From assembly GCA_040751795.1 (NCBI GenBank), contig JBFMHR010000001.1, forward strand, positions 320,001 through 384,000: a stretch of DNA of 64,000 bases. The letters run 5' to 3'. The stretch comes from Thermoplasmatota archaeon (GTDB taxonomy: Archaea; Thermoplasmatota; Thermoplasmata; UBA10834). The notes under the pieces are model-generated. The model worked only from the letters and a program-made list of their open reading frames with translations. It was not told the origin of the DNA and made no database searches. The translations under genes and the position numbers were made by a program. This document shows, in pieces, positions 29,399-38,737 of the stretch; the stretch's first letter is position 1; each line of letters begins with the position of its first letter.

Positions 29399-30076
29399 AT
29401 GAGGGCGGAGCAGGCATGGGGCGCGTTCACGCTCGTCTTCGCGCTCGCAACCACCGCGGTCGCCGCGACCCTCTTCAGCCTGGGCCACGACCCGTACCTC
29501 GCGGCGTCGACGGCCGCGGTGGCGGTGATGGTCTACCTCTACGTCGTGTACAAGAGGTACCACATCGAGCTCGTGACGGAGGGGGACATAGCCCTCTTCA
29601 CCGACCCGGACGACCTCGGGATACTCTGCGACATATACGGCCTCGGGAGCACCGGGAAGCCGGTGGTGGACAGGCAGAGGCTGAGGGGGTTCGTGCGGGC
29701 CCACCCCGACAGCGCCTTCGTGTGGGTCGCCCCGCGCCCCGTCAGCTCGGTCGGCTCCGCCCTCGCGATGCCCCAACAGCCGGCGGAGGAGGAGATGACG
29801 GTGCCGGCGATGATGAAGAAGCTCCTCTCCGACGAACCGTCCGAGGCCTCCCTGACCGGCCCGCTCTTCGGAGGGGTGGAGAGGTCGAAGGCGAGGCTGG
29901 CGGCGCTTACCAGGTGCCCCGTGTGCGACTCCCCGACAGGGAGGTCCGGGGGGATATGCCTCAGGTGCGGCGCCGACCTGGAGTTCTACTCGGTCCTCGC
30001 CGGGTCCAGGGTCGGGAGGAGGCTCATATCGCGGAAGACGGGGGCGAGGGTGCGGAAGCTTAGATATCCGAGGTAG
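29399..30076 (+). CDS. membrane protein with C-terminal Zn ribbon
   Basis: Two N-terminal TMs; CPVCD...CLRCGADL. Confidence 0.65.
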   Translation: MRAEQAWGAFTLVFALATTAVAATLFSLGHDPYLAASTAAVAVMVYLYVVYKRYHIELVTEGDIALFTDPDDLGILCDIYGLGSTGKPVVDRQRLRGFVRAHPDSAFVWVAPRPVSSVGSALAMPQQPAEEEMTVPAMMKKLLSDEPSEASLTGPLFGGVERSKARLAALTRCPVCDSPTGRSGGICLRCGADLEFYSVLAGSRVGRRLISRKTGARVRKLRYPR

Positions 30077-30102
30077 CCGATGCCCCGGCACCGGGTGACG
30101 AC

Positions 30103-30273
30103 ATGAAGGAAGGGGAGAGGTGCGAGATCTGCGGCAAGCCCGCGACCAGGTTCCTGTTCGCGTCGTTCCTGTGCGACGACGAGGAGTGCATCCAGAAGGC
30201 GAGGGAGCGGAGGGGCGGCCCCGGCGGCCACCAGAAGCAGAAGATGTTCGGATGGGCGCCCAGGGAGGAGTAG
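30103..30273 (+). CDS. 56-aa Zn-binding microprotein (not in ORF track)
   Basis: MKEGERCEICGKPATRFLFASFLCDDEECIQKARERRGGPGGHQKQKMFGWAPREE; GGGTGA SD. Confidence 0.7.
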   Translation: MKEGERCEICGKPATRFLFASFLCDDEECIQKARERRGGPGGHQKQKMFGWAPREE

Positions 30274-30313
30274 CCCGGCAAGTATTTTCACCCGTCCGCG
30301 TTTCCGGTGCCAC

Positions 30314-31480
30314 ATGACGAGGCGCGCGTTCGCAGGGCTCTTCATCATCGAGGTCCTGCTCGCGTTCGGCAACACCTTCGCAGGGTCGTTCAACATCGTC
30401 TACCTGTACAACGAGATGGACATGCCCCTATGGGCGGGGCCCACATACCTCTGCATCGGCTTCGGAATAGCCATCCTCGTCAGCCTCTGGATGTCCTGGA
30501 GGCCGCGCATGGACCCGAGGAACGCGATGGTCTTCGGGCTCGCGTGCCTGATAGTCGAGTACTCCGCGTTCCTGCTGCTGGACGACGGATGGGTGATCGG
30601 GGCGGTGGTCGGCGTGGCGTTCGGCCTCTTCTACCCGTTCTTCTGGACGCCGTTCAACATACTCATGGCGCAGATGACCCAGAAGAACGACAGGGGGGTC
30701 AAGTACGGGGTGTTCTTCTTCGTCTGGCCCCTGGCGGCGTTCTTCGCGCCGTTCCTGGGCGGGCTCGTCATCGGCTTCATCAACTACATGGCGCTCTTCG
30801 CCATCGGGATAGGGATCATAGTCGCGACGGCGGTCACCATAGTCGCGTACAGGGACTACATCCCCAAGGACCAGGTCATGCGCATCAGGCTCGGCGCGAT
30901 AGGGAGGAGGAACGTCGTCGCCCTCCTCGGGGAGGGCGGGTTCGAGGGGGTCTTCTGGGTGGACGTCACCCTCGTCGCCTACACCTTCTCACAGGACGAG
31001 GTCTCCCTCGGGGTGCTCTTCTCGCTCTTCGGCCTCAGCGCCGGGATAATGGGCATCATACTCGGGAAGCTCTCTGACAGGATCCAGAACCGGGGCCTCT
31101 TCCTGAAGCTGAGCGCGCTGGGCTCCATCCCCTGCATCGTCCTCATCTGGATGTCCGGGACCCTGGAGGAGTACGCCCTCACCAACGGCCTCCTCGAGTT
31201 CGCGTCGTTCGTCCTCCCGGTCTTCCTCTTCGCCATCCTGACTGACAAGCTGGAGGAGGAGAAGAACGACTCTGTGGTCACGAGGGAGTACCTCCTCGAC
31301 ATGGGGAGGGCCGCGTCGATAGCGGCGCTCATAGCGCTCCTCTACCTCGGGGCGACGCCCCAGGAGTGCTTCCTCCTGGCGATACCGTTCCTGGTGATGG
31401 TCCTGGTGGCGCACGAGCCCGGGAAGGAGGGGCTCGCGGCCGCGGCGAAGCGGCTGCTCCGCCTCAGAACGAGGACCTGA
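30314..31480 (+). CDS. MFS transporter
   Basis: About 12 hydrophobic segments; GKLSDRIQNR motif A. Confidence 0.85.
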   Translation: MTRRAFAGLFIIEVLLAFGNTFAGSFNIVYLYNEMDMPLWAGPTYLCIGFGIAILVSLWMSWRPRMDPRNAMVFGLACLIVEYSAFLLLDDGWVIGAVVGVAFGLFYPFFWTPFNILMAQMTQKNDRGVKYGVFFFVWPLAAFFAPFLGGLVIGFINYMALFAIGIGIIVATAVTIVAYRDYIPKDQVMRIRLGAIGRRNVVALLGEGGFEGVFWVDVTLVAYTFSQDEVSLGVLFSLFGLSAGIMGIILGKLSDRIQNRGLFLKLSALGSIPCIVLIWMSGTLEEYALTNGLLEFASFVLPVFLFAILTDKLEEEKNDSVVTREYLLDMGRAASIAALIALLYLGATPQECFLLAIPFLVMVLVAHEPGKEGLAAAAKRLLRLRTRT

Positions 31481-32678
31481 GCAGCTCCATCAGGTCCGTC
31501 ATCCTCAGCTTCGATCCCTTGGCGTCGATGGACGCCCTGAGGCTCTGGTAGCAGAACGGGCACGAGGTGGTCAGTATGTCCGCGCCGGCCCTCTCCGCGT
31601 CCTCGACCCTCATCATCGAGATCTTGGACGCGAGGTCCGGGAACGCCGTCTTGACGCCTCCGCCCGCGCCGCAGCACCTCGCCTCCTCCCTGTTCCTCTC
31701 CATCTCGACAAGCTTGAGGCCGGGCACCGACTGGAGTATCCTCCTCGGCTCGTCGTAGAGGAGGTTGTGCCTGCCGAGGTGGCACGGGTCGTGGAATGTC
31801 ACCGTGCCCTCGACCCTCTTCGTCGGCGCGAGCCTCCCCGACCTGAGCAGTTCGTCGACGAACGTGGTGATGTGCACGACCTTCGCGGGAAGCTTCCCCA
31901 CCTTGGGGTAGTCCTGCCTGAGGGTCTTGTAGCAGCCCGCGCAGCTGGTGAGTATCACGGACGGCGCCGCCCTCTCGAACCTCTCGATGTTCCTCTCGGC
32001 CATGCCCCTGGCCTGCTCGAGCAGGCCGGTCCTCAGGAGCGTCGAGCCGCAGCACCCCTCGTCGTTCCCGAGGGTCCCGAAGTCCACGCCAGCCTTCGAC
32101 AGCACCGTGGCTGTGTCGAGGGCCATGCTCTTGATGTTGGGGTCGTACGCGGCGGTGCAGCCCACGAAGTACAGGACGTCGCAGTGCTCCTTGAGGGCGT
32201 CCTTGACCTTGACGTCCTTGTCCAGCTTCCTCGCCCACCTCGAGCGCTGTGTCCTCGGCTGCATCCAGGGGTTGTCGTAGTTCTCGATGCTCTTGACTAT
32301 CTGCTGGTGCTCCGGCATCGGGCCGACGCCGTTCGCCACCAGGAACTCGCGCATGTTCTCCCACATCGCTATGGTGTCGAGGTGCGCCGGGCACACGGTC
32401 TTGCACTGGCCGCATATGGTGCACTCGTAGGCGCGGGAGGACAGCTCCTTCATCGCGCCCTCCGGGAGCTCCCTGGGACCGAGGAGGAGCGACCTCAACC
32501 CGTACTGGGACTTGTAGAGTTCCTTCAGCCGGAGTATCTTCCCCCGGGGCGTGACCATCTCGACGTCCTGCGCCTCGCCCCCGGTCGGGCATGTTGCGGT
32601 GCACTCGCCGCAGCGGGTGCACGCGTCGAACCGCATCAGGGAGGCTACGTCCAGTTTGGAGATGTCGAGCCTCCTCAC
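31464..32678 (-). CDS. HdrD/GlpC-like Fe-S oxidoreductase
   Basis: Two CxxCxxCxxxCP motifs; two CCG domains (CCG, TSCAGC, HDPCHLGR, CCGAGGG, TSCPFC). Confidence 0.9.
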   Translation of the reverse strand: MRRLDISKLDVASLMRFDACTRCGECTATCPTGGEAQDVEMVTPRGKILRLKELYKSQYGLRSLLLGPRELPEGAMKELSSRAYECTICGQCKTVCPAHLDTIAMWENMREFLVANGVGPMPEHQQIVKSIENYDNPWMQPRTQRSRWARKLDKDVKVKDALKEHCDVLYFVGCTAAYDPNIKSMALDTATVLSKAGVDFGTLGNDEGCCGSTLLRTGLLEQARGMAERNIERFERAAPSVILTSCAGCYKTLRQDYPKVGKLPAKVVHITTFVDELLRSGRLAPTKRVEGTVTFHDPCHLGRHNLLYDEPRRILQSVPGLKLVEMERNREEARCCGAGGGVKTAFPDLASKISMMRVEDAERAGADILTTSCPFCYQSLRASIDAKGSKLRMTDLMELLRSSF

Positions 32679-33586
32679 GCTCCCCCCTCCTCGGACATGA
32701 GGCCCTCAAGCTCCATCGCTATCGGGGTGGCGATCATGTGGAACAGCTTGCTGAACGGGATGTAGGCGATGAGGAGGGCGCTCATGACGCCGTGGACGAG
32801 CCATGCGGCGTCGTACCAGTCGCCCGAGGAGGCCGGGAGCGCCAGGGATATCGCATACCCGACGAACGAGTACTCGACGTCCTGGGTGTGCCCCGGGATG
32901 CCTCCAGCGATGCCCATGCCCTCTAGGACGAAGCCGCCCAGGACGACGGCGAGCAGGAACACGATCGAGGCCGCGTCGGGCAGCTCGGTCCGGACGATCT
33001 TGGGCCTGAGCGCGAACCTGCGGACCGCGGCGATGCTGAGCCCGACCAGCATCATCGCGCCCGCGACCTCGAATCCGATGTCGCGGAAGAGGAGCTTGGC
33101 CCAGCCACCCTCCTCTATCATGGGACCGTACCCGAGTATGTCCATCGAGAGGGTGACGAGGAGGTCGAGCGCGAACATCAGGAGGAAGCCGCCGAGGATC
33201 ATCAGGTGCATGAACCACCTGGAGATGCTCCGGCCCTTCAGCTTGGAGAGGTAGAGGGCGTCACGGGCGAGGACGCCGAGCGCCCTTGCGAACATCCTGC
33301 TCGCGAGGAGCCTGGCCGCCCTCCAGACTAGCCTGACCAGCCGCCCCTCAGGGCTGCCGACGAGGCCCTTGCCCCGCATCCAGAGGAGCATGTTGTAAAG
33401 GGTGCCCAGGAGGAAGACCGCGGTGCAAACGACGATGGTGACAAGGAACAGCGACAGGTAGGCCCTGTCGCGCACGTAGACCGTGTCGTACGGGAGCACC
33501 AGTATGACGGCGGAGATGAGCAGGACGGCCGCGAAGAACGGAACGTAGAGCCGCGCCCTCTCGCTCAGGTACCCGCCCTCAGGCAT
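32675..33586 (-). CDS. HdrE/NarI-like b-type cytochrome membrane subunit
   Basis: RWFMHLMI, GFVLEGM, LVHGV, YIPFSKLFH; GTGA overlap with the HdrD-like gene; start uncertain. Confidence 0.8.
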   Translation of the reverse strand: MPEGGYLSERARLYVPFFAAVLLISAVILVLPYDTVYVRDRAYLSLFLVTIVVCTAVFLLGTLYNMLLWMRGKGLVGSPEGRLVRLVWRAARLLASRMFARALGVLARDALYLSKLKGRSISRWFMHLMILGGFLLMFALDLLVTLSMDILGYGPMIEEGGWAKLLFRDIGFEVAGAMMLVGLSIAAVRRFALRPKIVRTELPDAASIVFLLAVVLGGFVLEGMGIAGGIPGHTQDVEYSFVGYAISLALPASSGDWYDAAWLVHGVMSALLIAYIPFSKLFHMIATPIAMELEGLMSEEGGA

Positions 33587-33618
33587 GGGTGCTCGAATGA
33601 TGATGGCCGAGTATAAAA

Positions 33619-34689
33619 TCATCCCCTCAGCGCCCTGAAGTGGCTGTTGGCGCAGAGCCTGGCGGCCTCGACGAGCAAACCCGGCGCGGAGTCGGTGTCC
33701 GCAGCCATTGCAGGCCCCTGGGAGAGCAGCTCCTCCCTCGCCCTGTCGAGGAGTTCGGCGACATGCCGGGCCTCGTCCCGCCCGAGCGACGACCTCCTCT
33801 TCCCCACCGCGCCCGCCAGCTCCAGCATCCTCCCGCCGTCCCAGAGCTTCGCGCCTACCAGGAACGACTCGCGCTCCATGCCGAGGACCGCGACCTTCAG
33901 GTCGGCCAGCGGCCTGTCGAGCTCCGAGGCGGCTCCGCCGCGCTGCGACGGCGCAGGCCGGGGCCTGTTGACGCATGGGACCTGGATGATGCGGGTCAGG
34001 AAGCCGTTCGCCTCCGGGTAGTCCGGGTGCTCCAGGTGCGGGCCTGCCAGGACCATCGTGCCGTCCCCGACGCGGCAGGAGACGACCGCGGGCGCGCCCA
34101 TGACCATCTCCTCGGCCCTCCTGCGGTCGGTCTGGAGAATCGTCCTCTGAGTGAACGACATGTACCTCAACACGACCCGGTCGTCCTCCGGCTCCTTGAA
34201 CACCGGACCTCCGTAGACGGGGGCCCTGAAGGCCCCGGCCCCGTCCCCGACCTCCACCTCGCCCCTGAACGGGTGGATGATGCTGCACGAACCGTACCTG
34301 ACCCCCTCCCTCGGGGAGTGCGCGGGGACCTCGCCGAGCTCCCCGATGTTCCTGATCCTGGTCGATGAGAGGTTGAACCTGTCGAACGGCTCCATCCTGG
34401 AGGGGAGGGGGAGGTACGCGCCCGCGCACGCGCCTAGATACATACCACCCTGCCTCACGTGCCTCTCGATGGCTTTGAACGCGCGCGGCGCGAGGGCGGC
34501 CGCGATCTCGAACCCGTCGCCCCCCGACACGACCACCAGGGACGCCCCGTCCCCGATCCCCCTGACCAGGCCCTCGGCGTCAACGAACTCGCAGTCGGAC
34601 GCGCCTCGGGCCTCGAGCAGGTCCGCCGTCCACGTCCACGAGTGGGACGAGCCCCTGCCGGCGTAGACCAGGATCCTCCCGGGGAGCAT
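33619..34689 (-). CDS. BPL-N (class I GATase-like) domain protein
   Basis: ILVYAGRG, VSGGDG, GGMYLGACAGAY, GPHLEH. Confidence 0.75.
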   Translation of the reverse strand: MLPGRILVYAGRGSSHSWTWTADLLEARGASDCEFVDAEGLVRGIGDGASLVVVSGGDGFEIAAALAPRAFKAIERHVRQGGMYLGACAGAYLPLPSRMEPFDRFNLSSTRIRNIGELGEVPAHSPREGVRYGSCSIIHPFRGEVEVGDGAGAFRAPVYGGPVFKEPEDDRVVLRYMSFTQRTILQTDRRRAEEMVMGAPAVVSCRVGDGTMVLAGPHLEHPDYPEANGFLTRIIQVPCVNRPRPAPSQRGGAASELDRPLADLKVAVLGMERESFLVGAKLWDGGRMLELAGAVGKRRSSLGRDEARHVAELLDRAREELLSQGPAMAADTDSAPGLLVEAARLCANSHFRALRG

Positions 34690-34802
34690 CGACCACGGTC
34701 AACGGCGACGGCACGCATAAAACTAGCCCGTCCGGTTGCTGGCTCTGACGGGAAGGTATAGAAAGGGTTATAGAACCCCTTGCCTTATCTCGCCCCCTAC
34801 AA

Positions 34803-34878
34803 GGGCCCATGGTCTAGTGGCTATGACATCTGCTTGACATGCAGAAGATCGCCGGTCCGAATCCGGCTGGGCCCACCA
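34803..34878 (+). tRNA. tRNA-Val(GAC), CCA encoded
   Basis: GGGCCCA/TGGGCCC acceptor; TCTGC-TTGACAT-GCAGA anticodon arm; T-loop reads TCCGAAT. Confidence 0.92.
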
Positions 34879-34970
34879 CCTCTTCTCCCGGATACGCCAT
34901 CACGTCGGGCCGCCGCGGAGCGGGGCCACTGCGGCCGCGGGAAGCGGAGGATGGTCGGTCCCTCTGCGCG

Positions 34971-35423
34971 TCAGAACGTCATGATCACGCCGAATATCAC
35001 CATGAGCGATATGAGGGGGATGATGACGCCCACGACCACGCCTATTATGAGGCATGTCCTCCCGACGCGCTTGTAGTCGGGCTCCGGCTTCATCATGAAT
35101 ATGATCCCGATGACGATGCCCGCGAGGGGGACCAGCACGGAGAGCACGTACAGCAGTATGCGCATCGTGTCGCTCATGGTCTCCGGCCGCATCGCCTGCT
35201 GGGTGGACCACCTGAAGTCGTGCCCGCAGTACGGGCAAACGTAGGCATCGAACGGGATCGTGCGCCCGCACGATGTGCAGAACCTCGGCCCGGAGGCGGG
35301 GGGCGGCGCCTGGGCGGGGATGCCCTTCCAGCCCGGCTCGGCCCTCGGGAGCTCCCTGGAGCAGCTGCTGCAGTAGTACGAGTAGTCGAGGTTCTCCGAC
35401 CCACAGTTAGGGCACTTGACCAT
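34971..35423 (-). CDS. double Zn-ribbon membrane protein
   Basis: CPNCG..CSSC, CTSCG..CPYCG, then two TMs. Confidence 0.75.
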   Translation of the reverse strand: MVKCPNCGSENLDYSYYCSSCSRELPRAEPGWKGIPAQAPPPASGPRFCTSCGRTIPFDAYVCPYCGHDFRWSTQQAMRPETMSDTMRILLYVLSVLVPLAGIVIGIIFMMKPEPDYKRVGRTCLIIGVVVGVIIPLISLMVIFGVIMTF

Positions 35424-35556
35424 CGCCTTTCCCCGGACTGCGACGGGCCGGGACGGGCTTAAACCTATGCGTGGCCTCCCCGCGCCCCCGTCAACCGAAG
35501 CCTCTAAAACCGATGACCGCCCATCCGGTGCCGCGAGAACCACAGGTGGGGACCTG

Positions 35557-36093
35557 ATGACGTGGCTCTCTGACTGCTACAGCAAGCCCCCTCCGACGAC
35601 GCTGACGGTAGGGGGCACCGAGGTGGGCATCGCCGGGCTCGAGGAGATCATGGAGGCGGCGCTCCAGAGGATGGACCGCCCCGACGAGGAGGTCAAGGAC
35701 CTCCTCATGGACGAGCTGAGGGCGCGCAACTACGTCCCGTCCTCCGTCAGGGAGGAGTACAGGCAGGTCCTGTGGGCCGAGTACAGGAAGCTCAGGGTGC
35801 GCAGGAGGGACGAGGTCGAGGAGAGCTACAAGGGGATACCCAGGGAGGAGGTCCCGTGGTTCCCCAGGGTGGACAAGTCAAGGTGCGAGGGGTGCAGCTC
35901 CTGCGTCGAGTTCTGCTCGCAGAAGGTCTTCGAGTTCTTCGACGGGAAGTCGCAGGTGGTGAGGCCCAACAACTGCCTCGTGGGCAAGTCGAGCTGCAAG
36001 GCGTTCTGCCCGGACGGGGCGATCTCGTTCCCCACGAGGAACGAGCTGAGGGAGGCGCTGGGGAGGCTCAGGGCCGGCCGGGGCATCGAGTGA
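35557..36093 (+). CDS. ferredoxin-like protein fused to small N-terminal helical domain
   Basis: IPREEVPWFPRVD..CEGCSSCVEFC...CLVGKSSCKAFCP. Confidence 0.75.
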   Translation: MTWLSDCYSKPPPTTLTVGGTEVGIAGLEEIMEAALQRMDRPDEEVKDLLMDELRARNYVPSSVREEYRQVLWAEYRKLRVRRRDEVEESYKGIPREEVPWFPRVDKSRCEGCSSCVEFCSQKVFEFFDGKSQVVRPNNCLVGKSSCKAFCPDGAISFPTRNELREALGRLRAGRGIE

Positions 36094-36141
36094 GCCGGAT
36101 ACGGCGCAACGGTTATGCCCTCCGCCGACGACGTGCGCCGC

Positions 36142-36624
36142 ATGACGGAGAAGGCCGTCTTCGCGGCGGGCTGCTTCTGGGGCGTCGAGGCGTCGTTCAT
36201 GAGGGTCAGGGGCGTCGTCTCCACCAGGGTGGGCTACACCGGGGGGAGGACGCGGGACCCGACCTACGAGGACGTGTGCACCGACACAACCGGCCACGCC
36301 GAGGCGGTCGAGGTCGAGTTCGACCCCGCGGTCGTCTCGTACGGGCAGCTCCTGGACGTGTTCTGGGGCATCCACGACCCGACCACCCTGAACAGGCAGG
36401 GCCCCGACAGGGGGACCCAGTACCGCTCGGCAATATTCCACATGTCGGAGCAGCAGAGGACCGAGGCGGAGGCTTCCAGGGACCGGCTCCAGGCGTCGGG
36501 GAGGCTGGGCAGGGCGAAGGCGGTCACGGAGATCGTCCCTGCCGGCACCTTCTACGAGGCCGAGGGGTACCACCAGAGGTACTTCGAGAAGCGCGGGGGC
36601 GGCGGCTGCAGGCTCTGCCGCTGA
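36142..36624 (+). CDS. msrA: peptide-methionine (S)-S-oxide reductase
   Basis: [40 protein letters not shown]. Confidence 0.97.
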   Translation: MTEKAVFAAGCFWGVEASFMRVRGVVSTRVGYTGGRTRDPTYEDVCTDTTGHAEAVEVEFDPAVVSYGQLLDVFWGIHDPTTLNRQGPDRGTQYRSAIFHMSEQQRTEAEASRDRLQASGRLGRAKAVTEIVPAGTFYEAEGYHQRYFEKRGGGGCRLCR

Positions 36625-36629
36625 CGCGC

Positions 36630-38024
36630 TCAGTGGTGGTGCTCCGGCTGGAAGTTCACCGGCCTGAGGGCGCCGAAGGCCCTCGCCAGCACCTCCGAGA
36701 GCGCCGGGTGTATGATCTGCGCCCTCACGAGCGGGGCGTAGGTCTGGTTCTCCGAGTACATCATGTTCACGACCTGCTGTATGAGCGTCGCGGCCTGGGG
36801 CCCGACGGCGGTGGCGCCCAGTATGCGCCTGCTCGGGTACTCGACCATGACCTTCACGAACGCATCAGGGTCGCCGTAGGCGTAGCCCATGGCGGTGTCG
36901 GTGTACATCGCCTTCCCGACCATGGTCTTGCGCCCCTTGACCGCCTCGGCCTCCGTCATCCCGACCTGGCCCACCTGCGGGTCCGTGAAGACCGCGTGCG
37001 GCACGGCGTGGAGGTCCATGGCCATCCTCTGGGGGCTGTAGAGGTTGTGCCCCACTATCGACGCCTGGTAGTTCGCGGTGTGCCTGTACATGTTCCTCCC
37101 GAGCGCGTCGCCGAGGGCGAATATGCCGGGCTTGGAGGTCTCCAGGAACTGGTCCGTCAGGATCCATCCTTTCTCGTCCGTCTTGACTCCGGAGTTCTCC
37201 GGCCTCAGCCAGTCGGTGTTGGGCCTGACGCCTGTCGCCACCAGGAGCTGCTTCCCGTCGACCTCCCTCTCGCCGCCCTCGGCGGGGTCCCTGATCGTGA
37301 CGGAGAACGTCGTGGCCCTCTGGCTGACCGACAGCACCTCCGTCCCCGTGTGGACCTCCGCGTGCCTGGAGAGGCGGGCCTTGACGAGGGCGCTCGTCTC
37401 GGGCTCCTCGTGCGGGAGCAGGACGGGGTTCCTGCCGACGAGGACGACCTTGGTGCCTATGGCGGAGAAGAAGTGGGCGAACTCGCAGCCGATGTACCCG
37501 CCGCCGAGGATGACGATGCTCCTCGGCTGCTCCTCGATCTCGAACACGGTCCTGTAGGTGTGGTACTTGGCCCTCTCAAGGCCGGGTATGCCGGGCACGC
37601 TGGCCCTGGCCCCGGAGGCGATGACGACCTTCTTGCCACGCACGGTCTCCCCGCCGACCTGGAGGGTGTGGTCGGAGACGAAGCTGCCAATCCCGCGGTA
37701 CAGGTCGAGCCCGCGGGCGTGCTTCACCCCCTCCTCCATCTCTCTCCTGCCGTTCAGGACTATGTCCCACATCCGCCTCTTGATGGCGGGGTAGTCGACC
37801 TTCACCAGCTCCATGCTGACGCCGGCGGCGGCCGCGGCCTCGGCCTCCCTTATGGCGTCCGCCACGTGCACCAGGACCTTCGACGGTATGCATCCCCGGT
37901 TGAGGCAGGTCCCGCCGAGCGGCCCCTCCTCGACCACGGCGACCCTCTCCCCCCTCTGCAGCGGGAGGTCCACGAGGTTCATCCCCGCCCCCGACCCTAT
38001 GACCACCAGGCCGTACTCCTTCAT
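36630..38024 (-). CDS. pyridine nucleotide-disulfide oxidoreductase (dihydrolipoamide dehydrogenase/mycothione reductase-like)
   Basis: VIGSG, GGTCLNRGCIPSK, GGGYIG, ALGD, IHPALSE. Confidence 0.9.
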   Translation of the reverse strand: MKEYGLVVIGSGAGMNLVDLPLQRGERVAVVEEGPLGGTCLNRGCIPSKVLVHVADAIREAEAAAAAGVSMELVKVDYPAIKRRMWDIVLNGRREMEEGVKHARGLDLYRGIGSFVSDHTLQVGGETVRGKKVVIASGARASVPGIPGLERAKYHTYRTVFEIEEQPRSIVILGGGYIGCEFAHFFSAIGTKVVLVGRNPVLLPHEEPETSALVKARLSRHAEVHTGTEVLSVSQRATTFSVTIRDPAEGGEREVDGKQLLVATGVRPNTDWLRPENSGVKTDEKGWILTDQFLETSKPGIFALGDALGRNMYRHTANYQASIVGHNLYSPQRMAMDLHAVPHAVFTDPQVGQVGMTEAEAVKGRKTMVGKAMYTDTAMGYAYGDPDAFVKVMVEYPSRRILGATAVGPQAATLIQQVVNMMYSENQTYAPLVRAQIIHPALSEVLARAFGALRPVNFQPEHHH

Positions 38025-38133
38025 CTCGATCCCCGCCCTCGAAGCGCGTACGGGGGCAATAAACTTCGGGCGGACGCCCGCGCAGGCGCATCGTTTGTAT
38101 AGAGGCGACGACACTACCTCGCCCGGTGACAGC

Positions 38134-38361
38134 GTGGGGAAGATAGAGCTGCCTATGCCCGAGCTCGGGAGGGGGACCCAGTTCCTCAGCTCGTCCGCGG
38201 ACAGGATGCAGGAGGACCTGAGGTCCAGGGTGCCGGAGAGGTTCAGGGCGTCCCTCGTCGTGAGGCCCTTCAAGAGGAGGGGCTCGACGGGCATATCCGT
38301 CGAGTACGACGACGCCGCCGAGTCGTACGTGCTGGCCGCGCTCGAGGAGAGCGCCAGGTGA
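38134..38361 (+). CDS. small hypothetical protein
   Basis: GTG start after GGTGA; genome-typical codons. Confidence 0.5.
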   Translation: MGKIELPMPELGRGTQFLSSSADRMQEDLRSRVPERFRASLVVRPFKRRGSTGISVEYDDAAESYVLAALEESAR

Positions 38362-38374
38362 GGGGGGGACAGGG

Positions 38375-38575
38375 CTGCCCTCGTCCCTCGAGCAGGGGAA
38401 GCGCACGGCCCCCCGGCAGCTGACCGAGAGGGAGCTCGCGATGCTCAGGACGCAGAGGGACCGGCAGGAGCGCTACATAAGGACGGCCCACTTCGTCCAG
38501 TCCAAGTGGTTCATGGTCGGCGGGGCGGTGGGCATAGCCCTGTTCTTGCTGATGATAATACTGCTGGCGAGGTAG
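38375..38575 (+). CDS. 66-aa tail-anchored membrane microprotein
   Basis: Hand translation ending WFMVGGAVGIALFLLMIILLAR; CTG start after GAGGGGGGG (alternative ATG 38441). Confidence 0.55.
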   Translation: MPSSLEQGKRTAPRQLTERELAMLRTQRDRQERYIRTAHFVQSKWFMVGGAVGIALFLLMIILLAR

Positions 38576-38578
38576 GCC

Positions 38579-38689
38579 TCACCTCTTCTTGTGGAGGGGG
38601 CAGGGGTAGCCCAGCCTGCAATACCTGCACTTCTCCGCCTTGACCGGAGCGATGGCCTTCCTCATGCGTCCGTACTTGCGCCTCGGCAT
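38579..38689 (-). CDS. 36-aa basic Zn-finger microprotein
   Basis: MPRRKYGRMRKAIAPVKAEKCRYCRLGYPCPLHKKR (CxxC-x5-CxxH). Confidence 0.55.
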   Translation of the reverse strand: MPRRKYGRMRKAIAPVKAEKCRYCRLGYPCPLHKKR

Positions 38690-38737
38690 GTCCCCGACGG
38701 GTGAGCGACCAGCGGTTAGATAAGAGCGACGGTCGGC

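Noticed and set aside
31464-33586. Methanogenesis marker
   Set aside because: HdrD/E-like proteins are widespread; no mcr or methyltransferase pathway genes here
34803-36100. Integrated element at tRNA-Val (also considered for tRNA-Leu)
   Set aside because: No integrase or duplicated tRNA 3' end noticed
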